From: Afipia sp.
Lineage (GTDB): Bacteria > Pseudomonadota > Alphaproteobacteria > Rhizobiales > Xanthobacteraceae
Reading direction: 5' to 3'
Length of the DNA: 47,796 nucleotides
NCBI GenBank assembly: GCA_036398335.1
Contig: DASWQB010000284.1
Span: 1-47,796, forward strand
Positions 47,703 to 47,796 of the stretch are shown here, in pieces (positions within the stretch are counted from its first letter, which is position 1; every line of letters starts with the position of its first letter). The notes below the pieces were generated by a model that saw only the letters and a list, made by a program, of their open reading frames with translations, was not told where the DNA came from and searched no databases. The translations under genes and the position numbers were made by a program.

Positions 47703-47796
47703 AATACCGCCGAATGCCCTCTACGCTCCGCCATAGTCGCCGAAGCTACACTGAATGAATGGTTTGGAAGTGGTTCGCGCGGGAAAGGCGTAGAAT

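Overview
GC-rich alphaproteobacterial chromosome segment. Gene content and order suggest Nitrobacteraceae (Bradyrhizobium/Afipia-like); this is an inference. Most of it is core genome: prfA-prmC-DUF4167, gloB, phbB-phbA/phaR, a GGDEF-EAL gene, rpmF, mtgA, ispA, ispG, a Zur-like regulator, a patatin, mutS, a sulfonate-type ABC transporter, glnD, PBP1A, phaZ, regS-regR and mmcB. The right end is more accessory: DUF3095, an old yellow enzyme, a metallophosphoesterase-cupredoxin-ECF sigma-anti-sigma operon, LysR/wrbA/doxX, an SDR remnant and tRNA-Arg(CCG). No CRISPR array, transposase or integrase was seen. The best leads are: (1) a consensus sigma-EcfG promoter ahead of an unknown ~81-aa protein and an orphan heme oxygenase; (2) a ~400-nt highly structured leader before the low-complexity DUF4167 gene; (3) the ECF/cupredoxin/GEHD-phosphoesterase module with its own ECF-type promoter; (4) DUF3095 as a possible nucleotide-cyclase-fold protein; (5) PhaR-, FixK-, RegR- and sigma54-type boxes that link PHB metabolism, the patatin and redox control. 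All calls come from reading motifs by eye; no searches or folding computations were run.
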